Below, piece by piece: positions 10,804 through 18,477 of a stretch of DNA of 32,000 nucleotides. The notes below the pieces were generated by a model that did not search any database, had not been told where the DNA came from, and worked only from the letters and a program-made list of their open reading frames with translations. Both the position numbers and the translations under genes were made by a program. The DNA is taken from NCBI RefSeq assembly GCF_030295525.1, contig NZ_AP027212.1. One strand, written 5' to 3'. This DNA is from Escherichia coli (GTDB lineage Bacteria > Pseudomonadota > Gammaproteobacteria > Enterobacterales > Enterobacteriaceae). Positions within the stretch are counted from its first letter, which is position 1; each line of letters begins with the position of its first letter.

Positions 10804-11502
10804 TCACTCTCCTTTGATGCGAATGCCAGTAGCGCGGATTGCATCGATGACTTCAGAAACTTTGTATGCCATTACCGTTTGGTAATCCTCGTTAAAATCT
10901 GTTCGATGAAGCATACTGCTACGTTCCGGGAGCAGTATTTCCCGCGCTTCCAGTTCAGCAATGCGATTCTCTGCGGATTCCAGCGCCGCAACCAATTCGT
11001 CTACAGTTCCGGCAGCTTGCAGTGCATAATCGGTAATAGCCATCTCATGATCAATTTCAGTACCGTTCTCATTCGTTGAGGTGATAGCAAAATAATCAGA
11101 GTCGATTTCGTTATTAGCTAAGTGGCGTAGCGTATCGGCAACAAGCCGGCCGTTTTCGATTAGCAGCTTCCCTACCGTTAGCGCAATTTCCTCGTTCTCC
11201 TGGTCGCGGCGTTTGATGTATTGCAGGTTTCTTTCCCGTTCATCCAGCAGTGCCAGCACGGTAGCCGGATTGGCTGCGGCGATGAATTCAGCATTGGCCT
11301 GCTGTTCCATTTGGAAATCTTCATCGAAACCGCTTTCAGGATGCGCTCCTTCAATTCTGCAAATTGGAATATATCCAGCAGCCTCGCGATGAATTAGTGC
11401 ATCATCACAATCAAATCGGCTCTCTCCATATTCGAGCGACCATACACCACACGTTGCTTTTTCTGCCTTGGCACGCAGCGCCTGATAGTCAATCTTGCTC
11501 AC
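10804..11502 (-). CDS. Ea22/Ead-like phage early protein
   Basis: 232 aa, [21 protein letters not shown] and coiled-coil QYIKRRDQENEEIALTVGKLLIENGRL. Confidence 0.65.
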   Translation of the reverse strand: MSKIDYQALRAKAEKATCGVWSLEYGESRFDCDDALIHREAAGYIPICRIEGAHPESGFDEDFQMEQQANAEFIAAANPATVLALLDERERNLQYIKRRDQENEEIALTVGKLLIENGRLVADTLRHLANNEIDSDYFAITSTNENGTEIDHEMAITDYALQAAGTVDELVAALESAENRIAELEAREILLPERSSMLHRTDFNEDYQTVMAYKVSEVIDAIRATGIRIKGE

Positions 11503-11764
11503 TGGTTGCCTCCTGCTTTTCTGCCTTCAACACCATGCGAGAACCATCATCCAGCTCCCACGCGATCTCACCACCTTCAGCCATGACCAGTCGCCACACC
11601 AATTGAGCAGCCTCATTGGTAACATCACGACCTGGATCATTGCCAACGCGCATACGTCCACCTTCAACATCGCGCATTTTTGCCAGCATGATAGTTTTTG
11701 ATAGCGGTGAAAAACCAAGCTGTAGTCGTGCTGAATTACTCACTGGTTGCCTCCTTTGCGCCAC
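11489..11764 (-). CDS. hypothetical phage early protein (start uncertain)
   Basis: ORF overlapping neighbours in a tight operon. Confidence 0.5.
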   Translation of the reverse strand: MAQRRQPVSNSARLQLGFSPLSKTIMLAKMRDVEGGRMRVGNDPGRDVTNEAAQLVWRLVMAEGGEIAWELDDGSRMVLKAEKQEATSEQD

Positions 11765-11940
11765 ATCGCATTCAGATATTTGTTGTCATTAACAGAACCG
11801 AAACTCTTTCTCTTAAGCAATTCCTCTCTCGATGGCATTGGCTTTACGCGTTGGCGAATAATCATTTCTGCCGGAAAAATGCCGGGATTATATGCAAGTC
11901 CTCTCATGGTAAATTCCTCAGTCATTACTGATAGCGCCAT
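11740..11940 (-). CDS. hypothetical small phage protein (start uncertain)
   Basis: ORF in operon; conserved-looking tail [32 protein letters not shown]. Confidence 0.5.
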   Translation of the reverse strand: MALSVMTEEFTMRGLAYNPGIFPAEMIIRQRVKPMPSREELLKRKSFGSVNDNKYLNAMWRKGGNQ

Positions 11941-12214
11941 AGCGTGAGCGGTAATTACGCAGGCGCGGGTCGATATATTCAGGGAAGTGGGTATATGTGG
12001 CCTTGCGGAATGGTCGGATTGATGTTTCGTTTATTCGGTCTTTTTCCTGTTTTTCTGCGAGTTGTATATCGCGTCGGTACTTCCGTTCTGCTTTTGTTTC
12101 TGGTGGCAGAGCAAGAAACGCGCCGAGATTATTCTTGATACTTTCCAGCACCTCCGATACGGAATTGCCGGAACAGCGGCGCGCGTCATCCGCACCATAC
12201 AGAGGCGCTGGCAT
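11918..12214 (-). CDS. hypothetical phage early protein
   Basis: 98-aa ORF in operon. Confidence 0.5.
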   Translation of the reverse strand: MPAPLYGADDARRCSGNSVSEVLESIKNNLGAFLALPPETKAERKYRRDIQLAEKQEKDRINETSIRPFRKATYTHFPEYIDPRLRNYRSRYGAISND

Positions 12215-12237
12215 GATTAAATCCTTATTTTTCTGAA

Positions 12238-12621
12238 TCAGAATGGGATGGAATCGTCGTATACAGGAGTGTTCTGCTGGTTACTACTTTGCTGCTGCGG
12301 GCCATTTCCTGAAGCTGCAAATCCAATCTTTGCATTCAGTAATTCAAGAGTGATTGATTGACCATTTTGCCCCTGATAAACATCAACCCTGATGTTTTCT
12401 CCGGTAATTTCCACAATGCCACCTTCAACAAGAACGCTACGGTAGTAATCCGCTTGTGCTCCCGGCTTGGCAAATACAACGGCGCTGTAGTTTGTCCATT
12501 CTTTCTTTTTTGTCTGGCGATCGTAATACTGAACGCCAGCACGGATGTTGAATCCGATATTTTCCCCGGCCTGAAACTCTCTTGCGGGCTTGTTTAGTCT
12601 TACAGTAATCGAATGTGCCAT
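12238..12621 (-). CDS. phage single-stranded DNA-binding protein
   Basis: MAHSITVRLNKPAREFQAGENIGFNIRAGVQYYDRQTKKKEWTNYSAVVFAK with acidic tip DDSIPF; start from internal Met. Confidence 0.75.
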   Translation of the reverse strand: MAHSITVRLNKPAREFQAGENIGFNIRAGVQYYDRQTKKKEWTNYSAVVFAKPGAQADYYRSVLVEGGIVEITGENIRVDVYQGQNGQSITLELLNAKIGFAASGNGPQQQSSNQQNTPVYDDSIPF

Positions 12622-13226
12622 TAAGCAGCCGCTCCTTCTAATTCGTCTCGTCTGATGTTGTAAACGTCCTGCGCTTTGTGCTGCTCCGGTGTGCCTTCGA
12701 GCATCTTCCACGCTTTGGCGAACGCCTGTTTAAGCTCTTCTACGGTGTTTTTCTGCAATGCTGCGTCAGTGAATGCTTTTAGAACCTGTTCAGGTGTAGG
12801 TGATGGTTTTGATTGCTTTGCTGCTGCGTTCTGCTGATGTTTATGCTCGTCTGTATCTGCATCTTTCGCATCATCAATGCCGAACAAACCATTGAGGCAA
12901 TACTTGCGTGCATAAGAGCTTGTAGCTCCCGTAACTTGTGCAGAATCCATTCCTTTCTTGCTTTCTTCCTCTCGTGCAAGAGCGGTTGCCGTATGACTGT
13001 TTTCGCCATCGGTAATAGTTGCCGTGGCTTTCACGTAATACCGATCACCAATCAACACAACTTCATCGCTGATTGATAAAAACAGACCATTCAGTAACGG
13101 CTTAACGCCTTCAAGAATGTCTTCGCAGCTTCTGTATTTATATTTACCGAATGAGTTGTACTGATTCTTGGGCGCGTTCAGATTTTCCTGAATAGCTGCC
13201 AGTCTTGCGTAAAATTCTTTGCTCAT
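12621..13226 (-). CDS. erf: ERF-family single-strand annealing recombinase
   Basis: 201 aa from MSKEFYARLAAIQENL; GKYKYRSCEDILEGVKPLL and ATSSYARKYCLNGLFGIDDAKDAD motifs. Confidence 0.88.
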   Translation of the reverse strand: MSKEFYARLAAIQENLNAPKNQYNSFGKYKYRSCEDILEGVKPLLNGLFLSISDEVVLIGDRYYVKATATITDGENSHTATALAREEESKKGMDSAQVTGATSSYARKYCLNGLFGIDDAKDADTDEHKHQQNAAAKQSKPSPTPEQVLKAFTDAALQKNTVEELKQAFAKAWKMLEGTPEQHKAQDVYNIRRDELEGAAA

Positions 13227-13236
13227 ATGATTGTTC

Positions 13237-13407
13237 TCAGAATGGACATGGCCCAAGGAAATAACGCTGATTTAATACTTCGACTCGGGACAAATTAAGG
13301 CATACCCGCATTCCTTCGCGGTCGCCATTATGGCGATACCAGAGAGCTTTCTGTGTGTACATGCGTCTCTGTAACTTGCTCTCCTTCACTGTGGTTGCAA
13401 GTGACAT
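13237..13407 (-). CDS. small phage protein upstream of erf
   Basis: 56 aa MSLATTVKESKLQRRMYTQKALWYRHNGDREGMRVCLNLSRVEVLNQRYFLGPCPF read directly. Confidence 0.5.
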   Translation of the reverse strand: MSLATTVKESKLQRRMYTQKALWYRHNGDREGMRVCLNLSRVEVLNQRYFLGPCPF

Positions 13408-13486
13408 GAATATCTCCTTCGTTACCGATTAATTCTTTCATCTGACGAATGAATTCTTCGTCTGACCAGTTATCTGTAAAACTCAT
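13328..13486 (-). CDS. small acidic phage protein
   Basis: 52 aa MSFTDNWSDEEFIRQMKELIGNEGDIHVTCNHSEGEQVTETHVHTESSLVSP; in operon. Confidence 0.5.
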   Translation of the reverse strand: MSFTDNWSDEEFIRQMKELIGNEGDIHVTCNHSEGEQVTETHVHTESSLVSP

Positions 13487-13653
13487 GGACGGCCTTGTTG
13501 TTTCAAAATATCCCAAAGCTTTTCGAGCAAACTTTTCATTCTTGGTTGTTTAAAGTCTGCTCCGGTTAAAATGTTTTTTCGTGAATGCTGTACCGATAAA
13601 ATCGGGTTGAAAGGGCGAACCGATGCCGCCCCTGCAATAGCGAACTGTTGCAT
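13483..13653 (-). CDS. cIII: CIII-like protein
   Basis: 56 aa MQQFAIAG...SLLEKLWDILKQQGRP: MQ(Q/Y)FAIAG start and amphipathic helix ending near ILxQxGxP; lambdoid position. Confidence 0.6.
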   Translation of the reverse strand: MQQFAIAGAASVRPFNPILSVQHSRKNILTGADFKQPRMKSLLEKLWDILKQQGRP

Positions 13654-13737
13654 AGGATGCTCCTTCTGTTTGATTGCATAACGAAAATGCCTCTGGTGAA
13701 GCATTATTGGTATGCGGTAAAGCCGCGCTCAGGCGGC

Positions 13738-14154
13738 TTATTTGAAGACATCTATGAAATCAAGAACTGATGATATTTCGTGGTTGAACGATTTTCTTTT
13801 GTATCTTTCTATCGCAGAATCTACCTGGTGTTTATAGTCATCGTCGTTTGAGTATTTAACGAAGCATTCTATTGTCTCAGGCGTTACAGCTATAAGGCTC
13901 CACCAACCTTCATCAGATTGATATTCAAATCCCATGCTTTCAAGCCATCCAGCATATTTCCCTCCAGCATCTTGCCAGTGTGTTTTTTCTGCAAGGAAGC
14001 TGTTAACCGTCATATGTGCATCAAGGCATTTATCCAACTGTTTACCATTAAGTAGCCATGCGCTGACAGTTGCACAACCCAAATCAACTGATTGAGTAGA
14101 GATATTGAATTGGTCGTAATTATCTGGATTAACCAGAATATCTGTAATTTTCAT
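13738..14154 (-). CDS. hypothetical protein, accessory gene between cIII and N
   Basis: 138 aa from MKITDILVNPDNYDQF; no family recognised. Confidence 0.6.
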   Translation of the reverse strand: MKITDILVNPDNYDQFNISTQSVDLGCATVSAWLLNGKQLDKCLDAHMTVNSFLAEKTHWQDAGGKYAGWLESMGFEYQSDEGWWSLIAVTPETIECFVKYSNDDDYKHQVDSAIERYKRKSFNHEISSVLDFIDVFK

Positions 14155-14320
14155 AATTTCTCCGTCAAAAAAACTGCCCTCACATTGGAGGGCAAAGAAG
14201 ATTTCCAATAATCAGAACAAGTCGGCTCCTGTTTAGTTACGAGCGACATTGCTCCGTGTATTCACTCGTTGGAATGAATACACAGTGCAGTGTTTATTCT
14301 GTTGTTTATGCCAAAAATAA

Positions 14321-14338
14321 AGGCCGACTATGCGGCCT
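14321..14338 (-). terminator. putative intrinsic terminator downstream of 14328-14951
   Basis: minus strand AGGCCG-CATAGT-CGGCCT followed by TTATTTTT. Confidence 0.6.
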
Positions 14339-14951
14339 CGGAAGGAAGTCCAATCATCTTATTCAAATCTTCTACCCGTAAAGCAGGAAGTGCTGTACTT
14401 GCTTTATCTGCTTCTTTTGGTAGCAACTCTTTGCTTTCAGGCCAAACTTCAATAAGTCGCTTAACTGTTGTGACTGAGTTCAAAGCAGCCCATACATTTG
14501 ATTCGATATCCTTTTTCTTGGCTTCAAGTTTTTGTTGCAATGCGCAGATTTCATCAAACCTTTTTGTTATTTTGTGTTCTGCGTCAAACATGCATTTATC
14601 TTTGTTGGGGGTAGGGAGCAATATATCTTCACCGTTGCCGTTTTTTCCGTATGAATGCCAGCCCACTCTTCTTCCAGATACAGTCAGATAAATCGAACTT
14701 GAAAGGACATCTCCTGAGTAAAAGGAACATCCAAGCTTTTGAAGTTCCTCACTTATAGCCATTAACTTTGATGCCAGCTGGTCCACTTCTTCGGTTTTCT
14801 TTTTACCGCCAAACGCAACAACTCTGGCATCAAGTGCAAGCTGGTTTTTTAACTTTGTTACTTCTTCAAGTTCAGTGAAAACCCCAGACTTAATTAAAGC
14901 GTTACGAGCGATTTCCTCTTTCATTCTCGTAGTTAAACGGATTGATGACAT
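14328..14951 (-). CDS. hypothetical protein, possibly nucleotide-modification-associated (Nmad5-like), accessory gene next to N
   Basis: 207 aa from MSSIRLTTRMKEEIARNALIKSG; family assignment from memory only. Confidence 0.6.
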   Translation of the reverse strand: MSSIRLTTRMKEEIARNALIKSGVFTELEEVTKLKNQLALDARVVAFGGKKKTEEVDQLASKLMAISEELQKLGCSFYSGDVLSSSIYLTVSGRRVGWHSYGKNGNGEDILLPTPNKDKCMFDAEHKITKRFDEICALQQKLEAKKKDIESNVWAALNSVTTVKRLIEVWPESKELLPKEADKASTALPALRVEDLNKMIGLPSEAA

Positions 14952-14962
14952 ATTAATTCCTC

Positions 14963-15289
14963 TCAAATAAGTGGTTTGCTGCCTAATTTCATTTTCTGGC
15001 GACCAACACAAGTCACACCCATTTCATTGCGTGGCTTGCTGTACCATGTGCGCTGATTCTTGCGCTCAATACGTTGCAGGTTGCTTTCAATCTGTTCGTG
15101 GTATTCAGCCAGCACCGTAAGGTCTATCGGATTCAGTGCGCTTTCTACTCGTGATTTCGGTTTGCGATTCAGCGAGAGAATAGTGCGGTTAACTGGTTTT
15201 GCGCTTACCCCAACCAACAGGGGATTTGCTGCTTTCCATTGAGCCTGTTTCTCTGCGCGACGTTCGCGGCGGCGTGCTTGTGCATCCAT
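14963..15289 (-). CDS. N: antitermination protein N (lambda type)
   Basis: MDAQARRRERRAEKQAQWKAANPLLVGVSAKPVNR, lambda arginine-rich motif; 108 aa. Confidence 0.96.
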   Translation of the reverse strand: MDAQARRRERRAEKQAQWKAANPLLVGVSAKPVNRTILSLNRKPKSRVESALNPIDLTVLAEYHEQIESNLQRIERKNQRTWYSKPRNEMGVTCVGRQKMKLGSKPLI

Positions 15290-15447
15290 CTGGATTCTCC
15301 TGTCAGTTAGCTTTGGTGGTGTGTGGGAGTCGTAGTCCTGAACGAAAACACCCCGCGATTGGCGCATTGGCAGCTAATCCGGATTCGCACTTCCGGCCAA
15401 TGCTTCGTTTCGTATCACACACCCCAAAGCCTTCTGCTTTGAATGCT

Positions 15448-15478
15448 GCCCTTCTTCAGGGCTTAATTTTTAAGAGCA
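15448..15478 (-). promoter_or_regulatory. nutL: nutL: boxA (TGCTCTTA, 15471-15478) and boxB (GCCCTGAAGAAGGGC, 15448-15462)
   Basis: exact lambda boxB-left on minus strand. Confidence 0.93.
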
Positions 15479-15518
15479 TCACCTTCATGGTGGTCAGTGC
15501 GTCCTGCTGATGGCTTAA

Positions 15519-15603
15519 AATATACCTACAGGTAAAATCGTTGTCTATACCTGCAGGTAAATAAAATTGATGTGAGAGTTTACCTGTTTGAATTTTCAGG
15601 TAA
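15519..15603 (-). promoter_or_regulatory. pL: pL/OL: -10 TATATT (15519-15524), -35 TAGACA (15542-15547), operators 15522-15535 and 15547-15560 plus a split site 15580-15603
   Basis: 17-bp spacer; ATACCTACAGGTAA, ATACCTGCAGGTAA and TTACCTG-N10-CAGGTAA. Confidence 0.8.
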
Positions 15604-15623
15604 TTAATTTTTTTGATTGATAT

Positions 15624-15645
15624 AAAAAAGCCCGCTTTGCGGGCT
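15624..15645 (-). terminator. intrinsic terminator of the cI operon
   Basis: minus strand AGCCCGC-AAA-GCGGGCT followed by TTTTTATA. Confidence 0.85.
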
Positions 15646-15656
15646 GAAAGGAGATG

Positions 15657-15971
15657 TCAGAAGCTATTTGGATTGCTTGGCCATTGCGGCAATTTTGATT
15701 CTGTCGGGGTGTGTTTGGGTTTGAGTCCGTTTAAGTAGTCAAGACGCTCAATGGCGCATTTATACATAGCAATCTGATCTGATGACATGTCGTCATATGA
15801 CATGCCTTTGAACTTCTTAATTATCGTTTCTGCCTCATGTATAAGATGCTTCTTCTTCATGAGTTCAGCTGTATGCTTAGAGCTTACAGGAGATAACTTT
15901 GCCCATATGAAGCAGATGATTACAACAGCGACCACTATACCTGGTATAAACATTTGCTGCTTTATCCTCAA
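15657..15971 (-). CDS. small single-TM protein co-oriented with cI (rex position)
   Basis: 104 aa, hydrophobic FIPGIVVAVVIICFIWAKL; start overlaps cI stop, followed by terminator. Confidence 0.75.
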   Translation of the reverse strand: MRIKQQMFIPGIVVAVVIICFIWAKLSPVSSKHTAELMKKKHLIHEAETIIKKFKGMSYDDMSSDQIAMYKCAIERLDYLNGLKPKHTPTESKLPQWPSNPNSF

Positions 15972-16654
15972 AATTTTGGCAGATCGTCCTGGTCTACGTA
16001 CCTAGTGTGTTTCACAATAGCTGAAACAAAATGCATTTTATCAACTTCTTCAACAGGAAGAGTGATTGGGCGGTGATCGCTGTTTATACTACTAAACTGA
16101 TAGTCTCCGTCTCTTGTTTTGTTCATGATCTTTATCATGTTATGACCATCTTTGGTCCTTACAAAGACTTCATCACCTGGATGTACTGGCGTATTTGGTT
16201 CAATAACAACATATTCTCCTGACTGAATCCTTGGCCACATGCTGTCACCCTTAACCTTCAGACCGTAAGCATCTTTATCGCCACTGTAGATGCTTAACCA
16301 ACCGGATCTGAATTCAATCATATCCACTGAGCCATCAACTCCCAAAACGGCTTCACCAATTACCGGAACAAAACCCGCACGAACGTTACCCGCAAACTCA
16401 AGATGGTCTGCAGCTCCAACTTTGCTATCTGCAAGCATGTCCATCCATCCGCGTGGGAGATTAAAAGATTTTTCAATTAGTTCCATCATATCGTCAGCAA
16501 TGCGTTTTTTTCCGCTTTTTCCTTCCGGATACAGCATTCTGGAAACGTATGATGGTTCCCTTTCTATTCGACGAGCCAACTCTGAGGCCTTTCCATTACA
16601 GAATCGGTCTCTTATCTCTATCAGCCTTAGTCGTCTTTGTTCGTATTTATCCAT
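15968..16654 (-). CDS. cI: CI-like prophage repressor (HTH + S24 LexA-like protease domain)
   Basis: 228 aa; HTH GKASELARRIEREPSYVSRML and C-terminal LKVKGDSMWPRIQSGEYVVIEP...GDEVFVRTKDG...IMNK. Confidence 0.93.
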   Translation of the reverse strand: MDKYEQRRLRLIEIRDRFCNGKASELARRIEREPSYVSRMLYPEGKSGKKRIADDMMELIEKSFNLPRGWMDMLADSKVGAADHLEFAGNVRAGFVPVIGEAVLGVDGSVDMIEFRSGWLSIYSGDKDAYGLKVKGDSMWPRIQSGEYVVIEPNTPVHPGDEVFVRTKDGHNMIKIMNKTRDGDYQFSSINSDHRPITLPVEEVDKMHFVSAIVKHTRYVDQDDLPKF

Positions 16655-16660
16655 GATTTA

Positions 16661-16730
16661 ATTCTATCTTTGATTACCTATCGGTAAATAACCTGTGGGT
16701 ATTGATTTGTTTTTTACCTGCAGGTAAACT
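16661..16730. promoter_or_regulatory. OR region: OR3 16674-16687 (TTACCTATCGGTAA), OR2 16689-16702 (TAACCTGTGGGTAT), OR1 16714-16727 (TTACCTGCAGGTAA); pR -35 TTGATT 16702-16707, -10 TAAACT 16725-16730; pRM -10 TAGAAT 16661-16666 (minus)
   Basis: three 14-bp near-palindromes between divergent cI and cro; pR spacer 17 bp. Confidence 0.85.
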
Positions 16731-16762
16731 TATCTTATTCAACAACGGGAAGGAGATAGCAA

Positions 16763-16993
16763 ATGGAAGAACTCCGCTTGTATCTGAACTCCCTTTCACT
16801 GGAAGAGCAGAGAGAATTTGCCACCAAGTGCGGAACTTCTATCGGCTATTTGAGGAAAGCACTTAGCCGTAATCATGAATTGGGCGCAGCACTTTGTGTT
16901 CTGATTGAGAAGTTCAGCAATGGTGAAGTGACTCGCAAAGACCTTCATCCGGTTGATTGGGAAAGCATCTGGCCTGAATTAATGGCTGCTTAA
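16763..16993 (+). CDS. cro: Cro-like repressor
   Basis: 76 aa HTH protein (EEQREFATKCGTSIGYLRKALSRNHELGAALCVLIEK), first rightward gene after OR. Confidence 0.85.
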   Translation: MEELRLYLNSLSLEEQREFATKCGTSIGYLRKALSRNHELGAALCVLIEKFSNGEVTRKDLHPVDWESIWPELMAA

Positions 16994-17001
16994 GTTATCA
17001 A

Positions 17002-17033
17002 CGCTCTTACACATTCCAGCCCTGAAAAAGGGC
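17002..17033 (+). promoter_or_regulatory. nutR: nutR: boxA CGCTCTTA (17002-17009), boxB GCCCTGAAAAAGGGC (17019-17033)
   Basis: exact lambda nutR elements. Confidence 0.95.
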
Positions 17034-17112
17034 ATCAAATTAAACCACACCTATGGTGTATGCATTTATTTGCATACATTCAATCAATTGTTATCTAAGG
17101 AAATACTTACAT

Positions 17113-17406
17113 ATGGTTCGTGCAAACAAACGCAACGAGGCTCTACGAATCGAGAGTGCGTTGCTTAACAAAATCGCAATGCTTGGAACTGAGAAGACAG
17201 CGGAAGCTGTGGGAGTTGATAAGTCGCAGATCAGCAGGTGGAAGAGGGACTGGATTCCAAAGTTCTCAATGCTGCTTGCTGTTCTTGAATGGGGTGTCGT
17301 TGACGACGACATGGCTCGATTGGCACGACAAGTTGCTTCGATTCTCACCAATAAAAAACGCCCGGCGGCAACCGAGCGTTCTGAACAAATCCAGATGGAA
17401 TTCTGA
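17113..17406 (+). CDS. cII: transcriptional activator CII
   Basis: 97 aa [47 protein letters not shown], near identical to lambda CII. Confidence 0.97.
   Translation: MVRANKRNEALRIESALLNKIAMLGTEKTAEAVGVDKSQISRWKRDWIPKFSMLLAVLEWGVVDDDMARLARQVASILTNKKRPAATERSEQIQMEF
17122..17135 (-). promoter_or_regulatory. CII-binding repeat of pRE (TTGCGTTTGTTTGC, minus strand)
   Basis: TTGC-N6-TTGC inside the cII start, as in lambda. Confidence 0.85.
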
Positions 17407-17438
17407 GGTCATTACTGGATCAATCCACAGGAGTCATT

Positions 17439-17585
17439 ATGACAAAACAACTCAGTCCTTACCAGGACAAAATTCACAAACACATACTACGTGATCGCTT
17501 CCTGTCCAGCTTCAAGCAGCCTGGTCGATTCCGGGCTGAGTTGGAAAAGGTGAAGCTGATGCAGAAGGAGAAAGGTCATGAGTAA
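17439..17585 (+). CDS. 48-aa P22 orf48-like protein
   Basis: [48 protein letters not shown] read directly; overlaps next gene. Confidence 0.8.
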   Translation: MTKQLSPYQDKIHKHILRDRFLSSFKQPGRFRAELEKVKLMQKEKGHE

Positions 17586-18477
17586 CATATCTAATCTAGC
17601 CGAAGCCAGAGAGGCCAGAAGGCTACAACAACCGCATCAAAGCAGCGGTAAGGGGTATGCCTTGCTGCACCGTAAAATTATGGATGTGCCGTTTTACAAG
17701 GACGCAGAAGCTGCGCATCTGTGGGTTCACTTAATCCTCAAAGCAAAGCATACGCCTGAGTATGTAATGACTGACGCAGGAGAAATTCTGGTAGGCAGAG
17801 GGAAGCTACTTGGCGGTAGAAACTCTCTGGCGTTTGAAACAGGACTCAAACCAGATCGCGTTCAGTACCTGCTTAGAAAGTTCAAAAAACTCGGCATGAT
17901 TGACTGGGTTTCACACGGTAAATTCTCAGTTTTCTCGGTAGAGAAATATGACGATTATCAGTCAAATTTTGTACCAGCAGATTACCAGCAAATTACCACC
18001 TCAAAGCCAGCAATATCAATGCCTGCAAGCAATGCTGTACCAGCAGGTTACCAGCAAATTACCACAGATAAAGAATATAATAATATTATCTCTAATACTG
18101 ACGTATTAGAGAGTGCCACAGCAGACAAAAAGTCTGACAAGAAAAAACCTTCCGTCAGCTGTCAGGATGTTGTCGATGCTTACCACGAAATCCTTCCTGA
18201 AGCGCCAAGAATCCGCGCACTGAATGACAAGCGTAAAAACCAGATCCGAACGTTCTGGCGCAAAGCCGGAGTGATAACCCGCCAGCTTGACGGGCATGGG
18301 TTCACGATGCAGGACTGGAGAAATTATTTGAGCTACGTAGGCGAAAATTGCCGATGGATGTTCGAAGAGCGCCCAAACCATCAGCGCGGAACCGTCTGGC
18401 ACAAAAAGGGATTTGATTTCCTGCTTAACGACAATACCTACCTGAAAGTTCGTGAGGGTGAACACGATGACCGATAA
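17578..18477 (+). CDS. replication initiator, P22 gp18/lambda O-like
   Basis: 299 aa; [30 protein letters not shown]; contains repeat-bearing putative origin. Confidence 0.85.
   Translation: MSNISNLAEAREARRLQQPHQSSGKGYALLHRKIMDVPFYKDAEAAHLWVHLILKAKHTPEYVMTDAGEILVGRGKLLGGRNSLAFETGLKPDRVQYLLRKFKKLGMIDWVSHGKFSVFSVEKYDDYQSNFVPADYQQITTSKPAISMPASNAVPAGYQQITTDKEYNNIISNTDVLESATADKKSDKKKPSVSCQDVVDAYHEILPEAPRIRALNDKRKNQIRTFWRKAGVITRQLDGHGFTMQDWRNYLSYVGENCRWMFEERPNHQRGTVWHKKGFDFLLNDNTYLKVREGEHDDR
17971..18065 (+). repeat. two 29-bp direct repeats (iteron-like) inside the initiator gene, putative phage origin
   Basis: GTACCAGCAGATTACCAGCAAATTACCAC (17971-17999) and GTACCAGCAGGTTACCAGCAAATTACCAC (18037-18065), then AT-rich DNA. 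Confidence 0.7.

Noticed and set aside
10804-12214. Toxin-antitoxin module among the small early ORFs
   Set aside because: Tight overlaps occur throughout this operon and no toxin or antitoxin family motif is visible, so there is not enough to call one.
17971-18065. Possible CRISPR-like array (repeat-spacer-repeat)
   Set aside because: Only two repeats, in frame inside the replication initiator gene, with no cas genes. Fits an iteron-type origin.
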